From the NCBI GenBank assembly GCA_902764935.1, contig CACWXQ010000004.1, positions 36,562-100,561 on the forward strand: a DNA stretch of 64,000 nucleotides. Reading direction: 5' to 3'. Of this stretch, positions 49,987-64,000 are shown piece after piece. Each line of letters begins with the position of its first letter. Within the stretch, counting starts at the first letter, position 1. This stretch comes from Candidatus Avelusimicrobium ruminicola. Its GTDB lineage: Bacteria > Elusimicrobiota > Elusimicrobia > Elusimicrobiales > Elusimicrobiaceae. The position numbers and the translations under genes were made by a program. The notes beneath the pieces are model-generated. The model made no database searches. It had not been told where the DNA came from and saw only the letters and a list, made by a program, of their open reading frames with translations.

Positions 49987-50489
49987 ATTTCCCCGTTAAG
50001 GGAGTTAATTTTATTGATATTAACGGTCTTTTAGATGACCCGGCCTGTTTCCAGGCTGTAATTGACCGGTTGTGCGCGCTGATTACGCAGCATATACCCA
50101 CCCATATCCTAAAATCGTCGGCTATCCTTACGCCGCAAGCACGAGGCTTTTTGTTTGCCACGCCTGTAGCCTATAAACTGGGCCTACCCGTTGTGTGCGT
50201 ACGCAAAAAGGGGAAAATCCCCAATAAGCCCTATACCTTTCACATTACCAATGAGTATGATGATTATGATATGGAAATTGATAGCGATATGCTAGCCAAA
50301 CACACCCATTACATCTATATTGATGATATTTTTGCCACCGGGCAGACTTTGGCCGGCATCAAAGAAGCACTGGACAAAAAAGGGAAAGACATTGTGCTCG
50401 CCTTGCACGTAACCGCTGTGCCTGCTTTGAAGGGCATTCGCGAGAGCACGCCCGCCCTTAAAGACCTAAACACAAAAGAAGTGATTTAA
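49953..50489 (+). CDS. apt: Adenine phosphoribosyltransferase
   Basis: ARGFLFATPVA and YIYIDDIFATGQT PRPP-binding motifs. 178 aa. Confidence 0.88.
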   Translation: MKHNYGLTIVKDFPVKGVNFIDINGLLDDPACFQAVIDRLCALITQHIPTHILKSSAILTPQARGFLFATPVAYKLGLPVVCVRKKGKIPNKPYTFHITNEYDDYDMEIDSDMLAKHTHYIYIDDIFATGQTLAGIKEALDKKGKDIVLALHVTAVPALKGIRESTPALKDLNTKEVI

Positions 50490-50547
50490 GCGCTCCTCTA
50501 TGTAGAGTGGCTTGTATCGCCTGTTTATTATCTTAATAGACATAAGA

Positions 50548-50574
50548 AAGCCCCGCCAAAAGGCGGGGCTTTTT
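50548..50574. terminator. Bidirectional rho-independent terminator (apt / fusA)
   Basis: GCCCCGCC-AAAA-GGCGGGGC flanked by AAA and TTTTT. Confidence 0.8.
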
Positions 50575-50591
50575 GTAAAGAAACGTACTTA

Positions 50592-52694
50592 CTAGGCTGC
50601 CACTTTTTCTGCCGTGCGTTTTTCCACAATCGCTTTGGCGACGTTGGCAGGAACTTCGGCGTAGTGGCTCGGTTCCATTGTGAACGAAGCGCGGCCTTGA
50701 GACAAGGAGCGCACGTTGGTGGCGTAACCGAACATTTCAGCCAGCGGTACTTCGGCACGTACATAGCGTACGTTCCCGCGCACACCCATCTCGCCGATTT
50801 GGCCGCGGCGGGAGCTCAAGTCCCCAATGATATCACCGAGGTTGGCTTCCGGAGCGACTACTTCTACTTTCATAATCGGTTCCAAGATGACAGGGTTGGC
50901 TTTTTTGGCGCCATCTTTAAGGGCCATAGAAGCGGCAATTTTGAAGGCCATTTCCGAAGAGTCAACTTCGTGGAAGGATCCGTCAAACACAGCCACTTTA
51001 ATGTCCACGAGCGGATAGCCGGCCAGAGCACCGGAATCCAAGGCTTCGCGGCAACCTTTTTCAATAGCAGGAATATATTCTTTGGGAATACGGCCCTGGG
51101 TGATTTCGTTGACGAATTCGAACCCTTTGCCTTTTTCCTGCGGTTCCAAGCGTAAAAATACGTGCCCGTATTGACCACGACCCCCGGACTGACGTACGAA
51201 CTTGGTTTCTTGTTCAACGGTCTTGGTGATGGTTTCGCGGTAGGCCACTTGCGGAGCACCTACGTTAGCTTGCACGTTAAATTCGCGTTTCATGCGGTCT
51301 ACAATAATGTCCAAGTGAAGTTCGCCCATACCGCTAATAACGGTTTGGCCGGTTTCTTCATCGGTGCGCACGCGGAAGGTTTGGTCTTCTTCGGCCAAAC
51401 GAGCCAAGGCGTTGGACATTTTTTCTTCATCTGCTTTAGATTTCGGTTCTACAGCGATGGAGATTACCGGTTCCGGGAAAGTAATGCTTTCCAGCACAAT
51501 CGGGGCATCCGGAGAGCAAATTGTTTGCCCCACGCGGGAGTTTTTAATAGCCACGGTAGCAGCAATTTCCCCGGCGGAAAGTTCTTTTACTTCTTCACGT
51601 TTATCGGCCATCATACGCATCATACGGCCAAAACGTTCCGTGGCGTTTTTGCCCGGGAAGTATACCGCATCCCCGGCTTTAATCGTACCGGAATAAATGC
51701 GGAAAAAACTTAGTTTCCCTACGAACGGATCGGTTTGAACTTTAAAGATAAGGCCGCAGAACGGTTCGCTATTAGAAGGTTTGCGGAAAACTTCTTCGCC
51801 GGTATTGGGGTTGGTCCCTTTGACGGGCGGCACATCTACAGGAGAGGGTAGATAGTCGTTTACGCAGTCCAAAAGCGGTTGCACCCCTTTGTTTTTATAC
51901 GAAGAACCACAAATTACCGGGAAGAATTTACCCGTAAGTGTACCTTTGCGGATAGCGGCTTTAATTTCTTTTTCCGTAAAATTGGTATCGCCGTTTAAGT
52001 AGCGTTCCATGATGGTTTCATCAAAGTCAGCCAATTTTTCCAACATTTCGTTGCGGTATTGTTCGGCTTGATCTTTGAGTTCCGCGGGGATTTCGCCTTC
52101 GGTGAAGGTAGCGCCGTTATGGTCGCCATCCCAGACAATGCCTTTCATTTTGACTAAGTCAATCACACCGACAAATTTATCTTCGGCGCCGATAGGCAAT
52201 TGAATCGGGCAGGCGTTACCGCCTAATTTTTCCTTAATGGAGTTGGCAGAACGAATAAAGTCCGCGCCGATGCGGTCCATCTTATTGATGTAGGCAATTC
52301 GCGGTACGTGGTATTTATCAGCTTGACGCCATACCGTTTCGGATTGCGGTTCTACACCCTGTACACCGTCAAAGCAGCATACAGCACCGTCGAGCACGCG
52401 CAAGGAACGTTCTACTTCAGCCGTAAAGTCCACGTGTCCGGGAGTGTCAATAATGTTAAGTTGACAATCTTTCCACACACAATAAATGGCCGCAGAGGTA
52501 ATCGTAATGCCTCTTTCGCGTTCTTGTTCCATCCAGTCGGTTACGGACGCACCGTCGTGCGTTTCACCGATTTTGTGCACTTTACCGGTATAGTACAAAA
52601 TACGTTCGGAAGTGGTGGTCTTACCGGCGTCAATGTGCGCGATAATACCGATATTGCGGATTTTATCTAACGGATAGGTTTTAAATTCAGCCAT
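50592..52694 (-). CDS. fusA: Elongation factor G
   Basis: [12 protein letters not shown] and DTPGHVDF motifs. 700 aa. Confidence 0.97.
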   Translation of the reverse strand: MAEFKTYPLDKIRNIGIIAHIDAGKTTTSERILYYTGKVHKIGETHDGASVTDWMEQERERGITITSAAIYCVWKDCQLNIIDTPGHVDFTAEVERSLRVLDGAVCCFDGVQGVEPQSETVWRQADKYHVPRIAYINKMDRIGADFIRSANSIKEKLGGNACPIQLPIGAEDKFVGVIDLVKMKGIVWDGDHNGATFTEGEIPAELKDQAEQYRNEMLEKLADFDETIMERYLNGDTNFTEKEIKAAIRKGTLTGKFFPVICGSSYKNKGVQPLLDCVNDYLPSPVDVPPVKGTNPNTGEEVFRKPSNSEPFCGLIFKVQTDPFVGKLSFFRIYSGTIKAGDAVYFPGKNATERFGRMMRMMADKREEVKELSAGEIAATVAIKNSRVGQTICSPDAPIVLESITFPEPVISIAVEPKSKADEEKMSNALARLAEEDQTFRVRTDEETGQTVISGMGELHLDIIVDRMKREFNVQANVGAPQVAYRETITKTVEQETKFVRQSGGRGQYGHVFLRLEPQEKGKGFEFVNEITQGRIPKEYIPAIEKGCREALDSGALAGYPLVDIKVAVFDGSFHEVDSSEMAFKIAASMALKDGAKKANPVILEPIMKVEVVAPEANLGDIIGDLSSRRGQIGEMGVRGNVRYVRAEVPLAEMFGYATNVRSLSQGRASFTMEPSHYAEVPANVAKAIVEKRTAEKVAA

Positions 52695-52710
52695 ATCTTT
52701 CTAGTCCCAA

Positions 52711-53190
52711 TTACCATTTAAAGTGAGCAAACGCGCGGTTGGCTTCCGCCATTTTGTGCACGTCTTCGCGTTTTTTGAACGCGGTACCTTCTTTCTTAGC
52801 GCCCAAGATAATTTCTTCGGCTAATTTTTCAGCCATCGGGCGGCCTTTGCGGCTTTGTGCGGCACCGATGAGCCAGCGCATCGCTAAGGTAGTGCTACGC
52901 AAAGGTTTTACTTCGGTAGGCACTTGGTAGTTGGCACCTCCCACGCGGCGGGCTTTTACTTCCACCAAGGGGCGCACATTTTCAATGCATTTGTTGAAAA
53001 CGTCAATGGCGTTTTCTTTGGTTTTTTCGGCAATGATGGCCATGGCGTCGTCCAAAATGCGTTCGGCGGTGGCAGTTTTGCCTTCAAAATTTAATTTGTT
53101 AATAAACCGGGCCACGAGCACGGAATTGTATTTATAATCCGGCGCGGGGAGCGGTCTTCTGTCTCTGGGTCTTAAACCTTTTCTTGGCAT
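52711..53190 (-). CDS. rpsG: 30S ribosomal protein S7
   Basis: MPRKG start and EVKARRVGGANYQVP. Confidence 0.96.
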   Translation of the reverse strand: MPRKGLRPRDRRPLPAPDYKYNSVLVARFINKLNFEGKTATAERILDDAMAIIAEKTKENAIDVFNKCIENVRPLVEVKARRVGGANYQVPTEVKPLRSTTLAMRWLIGAAQSRKGRPMAEKLAEEIILGAKKEGTAFKKREDVHKMAEANRAFAHFKW

Positions 53191-53211
53191 ATTCTAATTC
53201 ACTCCTAAAAA

Positions 53212-53592
53212 TTATTTACCAGCTTTCGGGCGTTTTACGCCATAAAGCGAGCGGCCTTGTTTTCTGTTTTCAACGCCGGCGGCATCTAAAGCACCGCGAA
53301 TGATGTGATAGCGCACACCTGGCAAGTCTTTCACACGGCCACCGCGCACGAGCACGATGGAGTGTTCCTGCAAGTTGTGTCCCACACCCGGGATGTAAGC
53401 AGTCACTTCCATTTTGGACGTGAGTTTCACACGGGCCACCTTTCTCAAAGCAGAGTTCGGTTTTTTAGGGGTGGTGGTATAAACACGGGTGCAAACACCG
53501 CGCCGTTGGGGGCAGGCTTGCAACGCGGGCGATTTGGTTCTGTTTTGTTCTTTTGCCCGACCGTATTTTACTAATTGGTTTACTGTTGGCAT
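53212..53592 (-). CDS. rpsL: 30S ribosomal protein S12
   Basis: MPTVNQL start, [11 protein letters not shown] and [13 protein letters not shown]. Confidence 0.97.
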   Translation of the reverse strand: MPTVNQLVKYGRAKEQNRTKSPALQACPQRRGVCTRVYTTTPKKPNSALRKVARVKLTSKMEVTAYIPGVGHNLQEHSIVLVRGGRVKDLPGVRYHIIRGALDAAGVENRKQGRSLYGVKRPKAGK

Positions 53593-53602
53593 TACTTCTC
53601 TC

Positions 53603-56600
53603 CTATTTAGTTTCTTTACGTTTTTGGTTAAACTCTTTGGCTATTTGCCGCGCGGAAATACCAGTACCCGCGGGGATCAAATGGCCTACGATTACATTTT
53701 CTTTGAGGCCTTGCAATTCGTCAATTTTGCCTTCAATAGCGGCGTCCGTCAAAACCTTGGTGGTTTCTTGGAACGAAGCCGCGGAAATGAACGATTCAGA
53801 CGCAATAGACGCTTTACTAATACCTAAAAGGATCGTTTCGGCATCCGCCAAACGTTTGCCGGCCGCTTTCATCTTGGCGTTTTCACGCAACCAGCGTCCA
53901 CGGCTGATGACTTCTCCTTTTAAGAAGTTAGTGTCTCCTGCATCCAGGATCTTCACGTTCCCTAACATTTGACGGACAATAACCTCAATATGTCTGTCGT
54001 TAATGGTTACGCCCTGCAAGCGGTACACTTCTTGGATGGCGTTTAATAGGAACTCTTGTGCTTCTTTTTCGCCCTTCACGCGCAGCACGTCGTGAGGGTC
54101 AATGGCGCCGTCGGTTAGGGCTTCACCCACGCCTACATGGTCGCCTTCATATACTACTAAGTGTTTGCCTTGCGGAATGCTATATTGCTTGACCTGGTTG
54201 GTCTCTTCGTTCCGCACGACAACTTCAATCAAACCTTTGGGAGATGTTTCCAAACTCACAATCCCTTCAAACTCGGAGATAATGGCCGGGTTATGGGGTC
54301 TGCGGGCTTCAAACAACTCCGCGATACGGGGCAAACCGCCCGTAATATCTTTCGTGCCGCCGGCTTCACGACCGATTTTTGCAAGTACGTCGCCGGGTTC
54401 TACAGACTCACCGTCTTCCACCATCAAGATGGTATCAATCGGGAGCGGCAAGTTAATGCCCTTGCCTTTGCCGCTGATGCTAATGCGGGGGTTATGTTTC
54501 CCGCCGCGGCTGGCTGTAATTTTGCGTTCAATGACGCCGGTCACTTTGTTGCGTTCTTCTTGCAAGGTGATACCTTCAATTACATCCGTCAGTTTCACGG
54601 TCCCTTTCGTTTCCGCGAGTACCGGGATGGAGTGAGGGTCCCACTCAGCAAGTAGCGTGCCTTTTTTCACAGAGGCTTTATCTTGGGTTAAGATCGTAGC
54701 CCCGTACTGAATCTTGTATTCTTTTATTGTACCATTTCCAGCGGTCACAAAGATAGACCCGTTTCTGGAAATGCAGATTTGGTTATCATATTGGTTGGTA
54801 ATAATCTTCACATCTTTGAAGGTTACTTTACCATCCGTTTCCGCTACCGCTTGGCTGCGGGAAAGTACACGAGACGCCGTACCACCGATGTGGAACGTAC
54901 GCAAGGTTAGCTGCGTACCAGGTTCGCCGATGGACTGGGCGGCAATAATACCCACGGAGTCGCCGGGGTTGCTGTTAGAAGCCGTGGCCAAGGACAAACC
55001 GTAACATTTGGCACAGACACCGTAGGACGTTTCGCAGGTAAGTACCGAGCGGATGCGCACGGATTCTACGCCGTATTTTTTAACTTCTTTGGCTTGTTCC
55101 AAGGTAATTAAATCGCCTTCTTTAATGATGGTTTTCTCTTCTTCTTTACCGTCGGCTTTTTGTACTTTTACTACCACATCTTCCAACGAAGTGCGGCCCA
55201 AAATACGTTCGTCTAACGGTTCCACCATTTCTTCGCCGCTCATCAAGGATTTGACTACAATCCCGTTGTGCGTGCCGCAGTCCTGTTCCGTAATTACTAC
55301 GTTATGGGCTACGTCTACCAAACGGCGGGTTAAGTAACCGGCGTCGGCTGTTTTCAAAGCCGTATCGGAAAGACCTTTACGTCCACCGTGCGTGGAAATA
55401 AAGTATTCCAGTACCGACAATCCTTCGCGGAAGTTAGCAGTAATCGGGTTTTCAATAATTTCACCTTGACCCCCGGTCAATTTTTTCTGCGGTTTAGCCA
55501 TTAGACCGCGCATACCGGCCAACTGGCGTACCTGTTGGCGGGAACCGCGGGCGCCAGAATCTGCCATTAAATAGACAGAGTTGAAGCGTTGTCCGCTATG
55601 TTCTTTGTTGGTGGGGTCATATTTGGATTCTTCAAACTTTTTCATTTCTTTGAAAAGTTCGTTGGCCACGTCATCCGTGACGCGGGTCCAAATATCAATT
55701 ACTTTGTTATAACGTTCACCTTCGGTAATGATACCGGCTTCGGCCTGCGCTTGAATTTTGGCTACTTCGGCTTTGGCCTTTTTGATCATATCTTTCTTAG
55801 CAGAAGGAATAGTCATATCTGCAATAGAGATGGACAACCCGGACAAGGTAGCATAGTGATACCCCATCTTCATGATGTTGTCTAAGAGTTGTACCGCAGC
55901 AGCGCGGCCATATTTTTTGCTCTTGTAACATTCATCTACTAAAGCACCCAATTCTTTCTTACCGACGGTTTTATTGATAAATTCCCATCCTTTGGGCAAG
56001 GCTTGGTTAAAAATAATGCGGCCTACACAGGTAAAATCTTTCCACTGGGCAGGATCGGTTACCGTTTTGCCTTTGGCATCCAGTTCCGGCACAGCGTTCA
56101 TACCGCGCACTTTGATTTTGGCGTGGTAAGAAAGTTTGCCATATTCCAAAGCCACCAGGGCTTCTTCTTTGGACCCAAAGATAGAACCTTCACCAATGTC
56201 TCCGTCTTTTACCGTGGTAATCCAGTTGACACCCAATACCATATCATGGGAGGGGGCGGCAATCGGTCTACCGGAAGCGGGAGACAAGATGTTGTTAGAA
56301 GCCAACATCAAGGTGCGCGCTTCCATTTGCGCTTCCAAGGAAAGCGGTACGTGTACAGCCATCTGGTCACCGTCAAAGTCAGCGTTGAAAGCCGCACAGG
56401 TGAGCGGGTGCAACTGGATGGCTTTACCTTCAATCAGTACCGGTTCAAAAGCCTGAATACCTAAGCGGTGTAAGGTAGGAGCACGGTTTAACATAACCGG
56501 GTGAGATTGGGTTACTTTTTCTAGAATATCCCAAATTTCCGGACGTACTTTTTCAAGCATTTTCTTGGCGGATTTTAGGGTGGTCCCTTCTTTTTTCATC

Positions 56601-57772
56601 AGTTCGCCAATGATAAAAGGTTTGAAAAGTTCCAACGCCATTAGTTTGGGTAAACCGCATTGGTGAATTTTCAAGTTCGGGCCGACTACAATTACGGAAC
56701 GACCGGAGTAGTCCACACGTTTACCGAGTAAGTTTTGGCGGAAACGCCCGTGTTTACCTTTAATGCTGTCAGACAAAGATTTAAGCGGTCTGCCACCGGG
56801 GCCGATAAATACTTTACCGCGAGCCCCGTTTTCAATTAACGCATCTACGGCTTCTTGCAAAAGGCGCTTTTCGTTGTAAATCATTACTTCCGGCGCGCGC
56901 AAGGATTCAATGTGTTTGAGACGGTTGTTGCGGTTGATAATACGACGATACAAATCGTTTAAGTCAGAGGCCGCGAAGCGTCCGCCATCAAGCGGTACTA
57001 ACGGGCGCAAATCCGGCGGGATGACGGGCAGTACGCTTAAAATCATCCATTCCGGGCGGTTGCCGCTTTCTTTGAACTCTTCCATCGTTTTAATACGGCG
57101 GATGAGTTTAGTGCGTTCTACTTCGCTCTGCGTATTTTTAAGTTGTTCGTGCAAGGCCGGAATTTCTTTATCAAAATCAATGCCTTCCAATAACGTCTTA
57201 ATAGCCGGGGCACCGATATCCACTTTTAAGCGGGAACCGTGTTTTTTGCGAGCTTCGCGCACTTGTGCATCGGACAGGAGCGTGCCTTTCTTGAAGTCCG
57301 GGCGGCCGGTTACATTGTCAATACAATCTTCCAACACTACGTAGGCCGCATAGTAAACCACGCGTTCCAAATCGCTGGTGCGTTGATCTAATAAAATACC
57401 GATACGAGACGGGTTTTTGCGCAAGAACCACACGTGGGCCACCGGCACAGCCAGTTCAATATGCCCCATGCGTTCACGGCGCACTTTGGCTTCGGTTACT
57501 TCCACGCCACAGCGGTCGCACTTAATGCCTTTGTATTTGGGCCAGCGATATTTGCCGCAGGCACATTCAAAGTCCTTGGTAGGGCCGAAAATGCGTTCGC
57601 AGAATAAACCATCTCGCTCCGGTTTCAACGTGCGGTAGTTAATGGTTTCCGGTTTTTTCACTTCGCCAAAAGACCACGCGCTGATTTGTTCCGGGCTGGC
57701 GATGCCTAAACGGATGGCATCAAAGTCAAAAAAGTTTAAGTCGTTATTTTTCTTCACTTTTTTCGTTTGCAT
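53603..57772 (-). CDS. rpoC: DNA-directed RNA polymerase subunit beta'
   Basis: [12 protein letters not shown] catalytic motif. 1389 aa. Confidence 0.98.
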   Translation of the reverse strand: MQTKKVKKNNDLNFFDFDAIRLGIASPEQISAWSFGEVKKPETINYRTLKPERDGLFCERIFGPTKDFECACGKYRWPKYKGIKCDRCGVEVTEAKVRRERMGHIELAVPVAHVWFLRKNPSRIGILLDQRTSDLERVVYYAAYVVLEDCIDNVTGRPDFKKGTLLSDAQVREARKKHGSRLKVDIGAPAIKTLLEGIDFDKEIPALHEQLKNTQSEVERTKLIRRIKTMEEFKESGNRPEWMILSVLPVIPPDLRPLVPLDGGRFAASDLNDLYRRIINRNNRLKHIESLRAPEVMIYNEKRLLQEAVDALIENGARGKVFIGPGGRPLKSLSDSIKGKHGRFRQNLLGKRVDYSGRSVIVVGPNLKIHQCGLPKLMALELFKPFIIGELMKKEGTTLKSAKKMLEKVRPEIWDILEKVTQSHPVMLNRAPTLHRLGIQAFEPVLIEGKAIQLHPLTCAAFNADFDGDQMAVHVPLSLEAQMEARTLMLASNNILSPASGRPIAAPSHDMVLGVNWITTVKDGDIGEGSIFGSKEEALVALEYGKLSYHAKIKVRGMNAVPELDAKGKTVTDPAQWKDFTCVGRIIFNQALPKGWEFINKTVGKKELGALVDECYKSKKYGRAAAVQLLDNIMKMGYHYATLSGLSISIADMTIPSAKKDMIKKAKAEVAKIQAQAEAGIITEGERYNKVIDIWTRVTDDVANELFKEMKKFEESKYDPTNKEHSGQRFNSVYLMADSGARGSRQQVRQLAGMRGLMAKPQKKLTGGQGEIIENPITANFREGLSVLEYFISTHGGRKGLSDTALKTADAGYLTRRLVDVAHNVVITEQDCGTHNGIVVKSLMSGEEMVEPLDERILGRTSLEDVVVKVQKADGKEEEKTIIKEGDLITLEQAKEVKKYGVESVRIRSVLTCETSYGVCAKCYGLSLATASNSNPGDSVGIIAAQSIGEPGTQLTLRTFHIGGTASRVLSRSQAVAETDGKVTFKDVKIITNQYDNQICISRNGSIFVTAGNGTIKEYKIQYGATILTQDKASVKKGTLLAEWDPHSIPVLAETKGTVKLTDVIEGITLQEERNKVTGVIERKITASRGGKHNPRISISGKGKGINLPLPIDTILMVEDGESVEPGDVLAKIGREAGGTKDITGGLPRIAELFEARRPHNPAIISEFEGIVSLETSPKGLIEVVVRNEETNQVKQYSIPQGKHLVVYEGDHVGVGEALTDGAIDPHDVLRVKGEKEAQEFLLNAIQEVYRLQGVTINDRHIEVIVRQMLGNVKILDAGDTNFLKGEVISRGRWLRENAKMKAAGKRLADAETILLGISKASIASESFISAASFQETTKVLTDAAIEGKIDELQGLKENVIVGHLIPAGTGISARQIAKEFNQKRKETK

Positions 57773-57787
57773 GTGTTATTCTCCCGC

Positions 57788-61639
<3,852 letters not shown>

Positions 61640-61713
61640 TTCTAAGTTCTTCCTGCTGTATCGGGCGAATAGAGCAACGCACAACACTTTTCGCCAGTAC
61701 CTTTACGGTACGT

Positions 61714-61742
61714 AATCCCACCCCCACAAGGGGGATGGGATT
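61714..61742 (-). promoter_or_regulatory. Stem-loop in the rplL-rpoB spacer (possible attenuator)
   Basis: On the - strand: AATCCCATCCCCC-TTGT-GGGGGTGGGATT (one bulge), 16 nt after the rplL stop. No clean U-tract follows. Confidence 0.45.
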
Positions 61743-61757
61743 AAATGAGTCGGTTGA

Positions 61758-62144
61758 TTATTTGAGTTCTACGGTACCGCCGGCTTCAGTGATTTTCTTT
61801 TTGAGTTCTTCAGCTTCGGCTTTGGCAACGTTTTCTTTTACCGCTTTGGGGGCGCCTTCAACCAAGTCTTTGGCTTCTTTGAGGCCCAAGCCGGTGATTT
61901 CGCGCACTACTTTAATTACGCCGATTTTTTTGGCAGCGTCTACAGCGGTCAACACGACGTTGAATTCGTCTTTTTCTTCAGCGGCAGCGGCACCACCGGC
62001 AGCGGGGGCAGCGGCAACAGCTACGGCCGGAGCAGCAGCTTTTACACCGAATTTTTCTTCAATCGCTTTCACGAGTTCAGAAAGTTCTAACACGGTCAGT
62101 TCAGCGATCGCGTTTACTAATTCATCTTTGGTCATTTTAGCCAT
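61758..62144 (-). CDS. rplL: 50S ribosomal protein L7/L12
   Basis: Ala-rich hinge. C-terminal domain with [18 protein letters not shown]. Confidence 0.97.
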   Translation of the reverse strand: MAKMTKDELVNAIAELTVLELSELVKAIEEKFGVKAAAPAVAVAAAPAAGGAAAAEEKDEFNVVLTAVDAAKKIGVIKVVREITGLGLKEAKDLVEGAPKAVKENVAKAEAEELKKKITEAGGTVELK

Positions 62145-62255
62145 TTTTATTTTTCCTTTTATTTCTAGAGTAGCGGCCTTCTGCTTAACCTAGTTAAGCC
62201 CGTACCTTTATCCTTTCGGACTACTACCGCACATGGCGGGTTTAGATTTTACCGA

Positions 62256-62286
62256 TTTTCAGTTGGCTACGAAGGCCAACTGAAAA
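62256..62286 (-). promoter_or_regulatory. Perfect 12-bp stem-loop in the rplJ-rplL spacer
   Basis: TTTTCAGTTGGC-7 nt-GCCAACTGAAAA. There is no 3' U-tract in either orientation. Confidence 0.5.
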
Positions 62287-62295
62287 CCTGACGCG

Positions 62296-62817
62296 TTATT
62301 TCTGCTTGTCTTCCAAAGCTTTGATAACGTAGGCAAAATCCCGGATCGGAGCTTGCAATACTTGCGCGGATTGGGCAACCGCGTTGTACAACGCACCGGC
62401 CAATTTGGACAAGTTTTCTTCCTTCGTACCAATGGTAGCGAGTTGTTTAACTTGAGCCTCATCGTACCAGACCCCTTCACTATAGCAAGCACGCAGCTTC
62501 AAAGCCGCATTCTTCTTCTGAAAATCTACCAACGCTTTGGCCACGGCAGCAATATCGCCACCGACGGCAATAGCGGTCGGCCCTTGGAAGAGCTTCGTAT
62601 CGGCTCCTTCAATTTTGGCCTGGCTGATAGCATGTTCTACGATGGCGTTGCGTTCTACGCGGAACTTGGCCCCGGTAGGAGCTAAGGTGGCGCGTAAATC
62701 GGCCATGTCCACGAACTTCAACCCTTGATAAGAGGTGAAGAACAGGGTGCCCGTAGAAGTAATTTCAGAAGCTAAGTCTTGCGACTTTTGTTTCTTTTGG
62801 TCTTTTGTCAGGTTCAT
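62296..62817 (-). CDS. rplJ: 50S ribosomal protein L10
   Basis: Start at ATG 62817 puts the SYQGL motif at the position of the Bacillus DYRGL motif. The ORF-track start is 11 codons further upstream. Confidence 0.9.
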   Translation of the reverse strand: MNLTKDQKKQKSQDLASEITSTGTLFFTSYQGLKFVDMADLRATLAPTGAKFRVERNAIVEHAISQAKIEGADTKLFQGPTAIAVGGDIAAVAKALVDFQKKNAALKLRACYSEGVWYDEAQVKQLATIGTKEENLSKLAGALYNAVAQSAQVLQAPIRDFAYVIKALEDKQK

Positions 62818-63030
62818 TTTATTTGCCTGTTTTTTTAACGAGAACAGCATCTTTTCTTGTCTTCAAAAAGACAGAGAAAACGACAGCCACAAACCCCCTT
62901 TCCGTTGATTTCTCGTCGGAGGAGTTATGGTTCTCGTAAAAATCTGTTCAAACTTCAACTGATATATTTTATCAGTTTTATCCGCCAAATGCAACTTTGT
63001 TGCACCGTATTATCCGCGGATTATAGTTAT

Positions 63031-63060
63031 ATTATAACAAAAAATCATATGAACTTGCAA
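63031..63060 (-). promoter_or_regulatory. Sigma-70-type promoter for rplJ
   Basis: On the - strand: TTGCAA (63060-63055), 18-nt spacer, TATAAT (63036-63031). Leaves a leader of roughly 205 nt. Confidence 0.55.
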
Positions 63061-63164
63061 GACAAAAAGACCCATCTTTGGATAGGCCTTTCTTTTAAAC
63101 AGTTTAGGTCTTAAGACTCTGTGTAAACAGAAATAAACCATATAAAATATATTTAGAGGGATAT

Positions 63165-63815
63165 ATGAACAAACAATATAAGTGGACAACTGTGTCTGTT
63201 TGCCTGTTACTACTATCTAATTTGTCGTACGCGCAGCGGAAAATCAAAACAGATTTTTTGTACAGACGTGCTATACAAGAAGCAACTGCACAGAATAGAG
63301 AACTTACACGAGGACAGGTAAGCCAAAAACTGGCCAAAGGCATGACGTTTGGTAGCGTATCGGCCTTTTCTCTTGAACTCTTTGGCATTGCCGGGGGACC
63401 TGCTGCAGGTACACTTCTGGCGGGGGGAGCCGTTGCATTGGCCATCAATTCTGCCCATGAAGCCTTTGTATTTTCTGGCAAAAACCGCGCGGATTTATAC
63501 CCTGCTATTGCACAGGCTATTGCAAAAAGCCCTGCCTTTTCTAATTATAAAGTTGTTTTAGTGGATGCTCCCCATGTGACAACGTCCACCAAACAGGCTC
63601 TGATCCACTTTTTACTACATCCCAACCAAGAGTTGCCTATGGAAAAACTAGGGCGTGGGGCCGGGTATCGTTTTTATATTGAACCCTATAATCATCAGGT
63701 TTTTGCCGATGTAGACCCGTCCAGAAAAATAATCTTTATCAGAAACTCCAGCATAAACCCTGCCGGGAAAAAGGTTACCAACCATTTCATAGAGTCTACC
63801 CAAAAAGAAAAATAA
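63165..63815 (+). CDS. Hypothetical exported protein with a Gly/Ala-rich hydrophobic segment
   Basis: Signal peptide ending SYAQ. GIAGGPAAGTLLAGGAVALAI segment. No family recognised. Confidence 0.5.
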   Translation: MNKQYKWTTVSVCLLLLSNLSYAQRKIKTDFLYRRAIQEATAQNRELTRGQVSQKLAKGMTFGSVSAFSLELFGIAGGPAAGTLLAGGAVALAINSAHEAFVFSGKNRADLYPAIAQAIAKSPAFSNYKVVLVDAPHVTTSTKQALIHFLLHPNQELPMEKLGRGAGYRFYIEPYNHQVFADVDPSRKIIFIRNSSINPAGKKVTNHFIESTQKEK

Positions 63816-63833
63816 TTGTTCTATAAACAAGAA

Positions 63834-63857
63834 ATCCCCCTTCAACAAAAGGGGGAT
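63834..63857. terminator. Hairpin terminator between the hypothetical gene and 5S rRNA
   Basis: ATCCCCCTT-CAACAA-AAGGGGGAT 9-bp stem. T-rich on the - strand side. Confidence 0.65.
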
Positions 63858-63883
63858 ATAAAATGGATAAGAGGCTTTAATGA

Positions 63884-64000
63884 GACCGACACCGATCTAC
63901 TCTCTCAGCACCGAATTGGGTGCCAATACCATCGACCCTGATAAGCTTAACTGCCGTGTTCGGAATGGGAACGGGTGTGACCTTATCGGAATTAATATCG
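63884..64000 (-). rRNA. rrf: 5S ribosomal RNA (5' end truncated by about 9 nt at the window edge)
   Basis: The - strand reads ...GGTCACACCCGTTCCCATTCCGAACACGGCAGTTAAGC...GAGAGTAGATCGGTGTCGGTC. This matches the Bacillus-type 5S core, and the helix I partner runs off the window. Confidence 0.9.

Noticed and set aside
47824-50489. The ank-ank-apt insert as a mobile element or prophage remnant.
   Set aside because: There is no integrase, transposase or flanking tRNA, and the only repeats are the internal tandem duplication. I report it as a synteny break, not as a mobile element.

Overview
This window is mostly core genome from a diderm bacterium (Lnt, lipobox lipoproteins, MreBCD-PBP2-RodA) that I cannot place taxonomically by eye. 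On the + strand at the left is one tight operon: rapZ, a complete mannose-family PTS (EIIA/B/C/D), ptsH, ptsI and lepA, followed by folD and a lipoprotein. The rest is mainly on the - strand. It includes an operon of seven overlapping or near-abutting genes (secA, small Cys-rich protein, lnt, prfB, hemW, CofE-like, mscL). After that comes a patch of small secreted hypothetical proteins, a split short-chain chromate transporter pair and a cell-wall amidase. Next is a roughly 23 kb co-directional array running S10-spc-alpha ribosomal operons -> mreBCD-mrdA-rodA -> DUF2344 -> rng, with amiC-like next. Further right is rplJL-rpoBC-rpsLG-fusA, and a truncated 5S rRNA lies at the right edge. I found no CRISPR array, transposase, integrase, tRNA or recognisable defence or toxin system. 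The one clearly accessory segment is 47.6-50.6 kb. There the usual fusA-tuf-rpsJ junction is replaced, on the opposite strand, by two paralogous 4-TM + ankyrin-repeat membrane proteins and apt. This segment contains a 397-bp direct repeat of about 94% identity that carries a duplicated apt promoter and a 12-codon apt 5' remnant. That locus is my best candidate for something undescribed. The other findings are architectural oddities of modest interest. All calls rest on motif recognition by eye; no searches were run.
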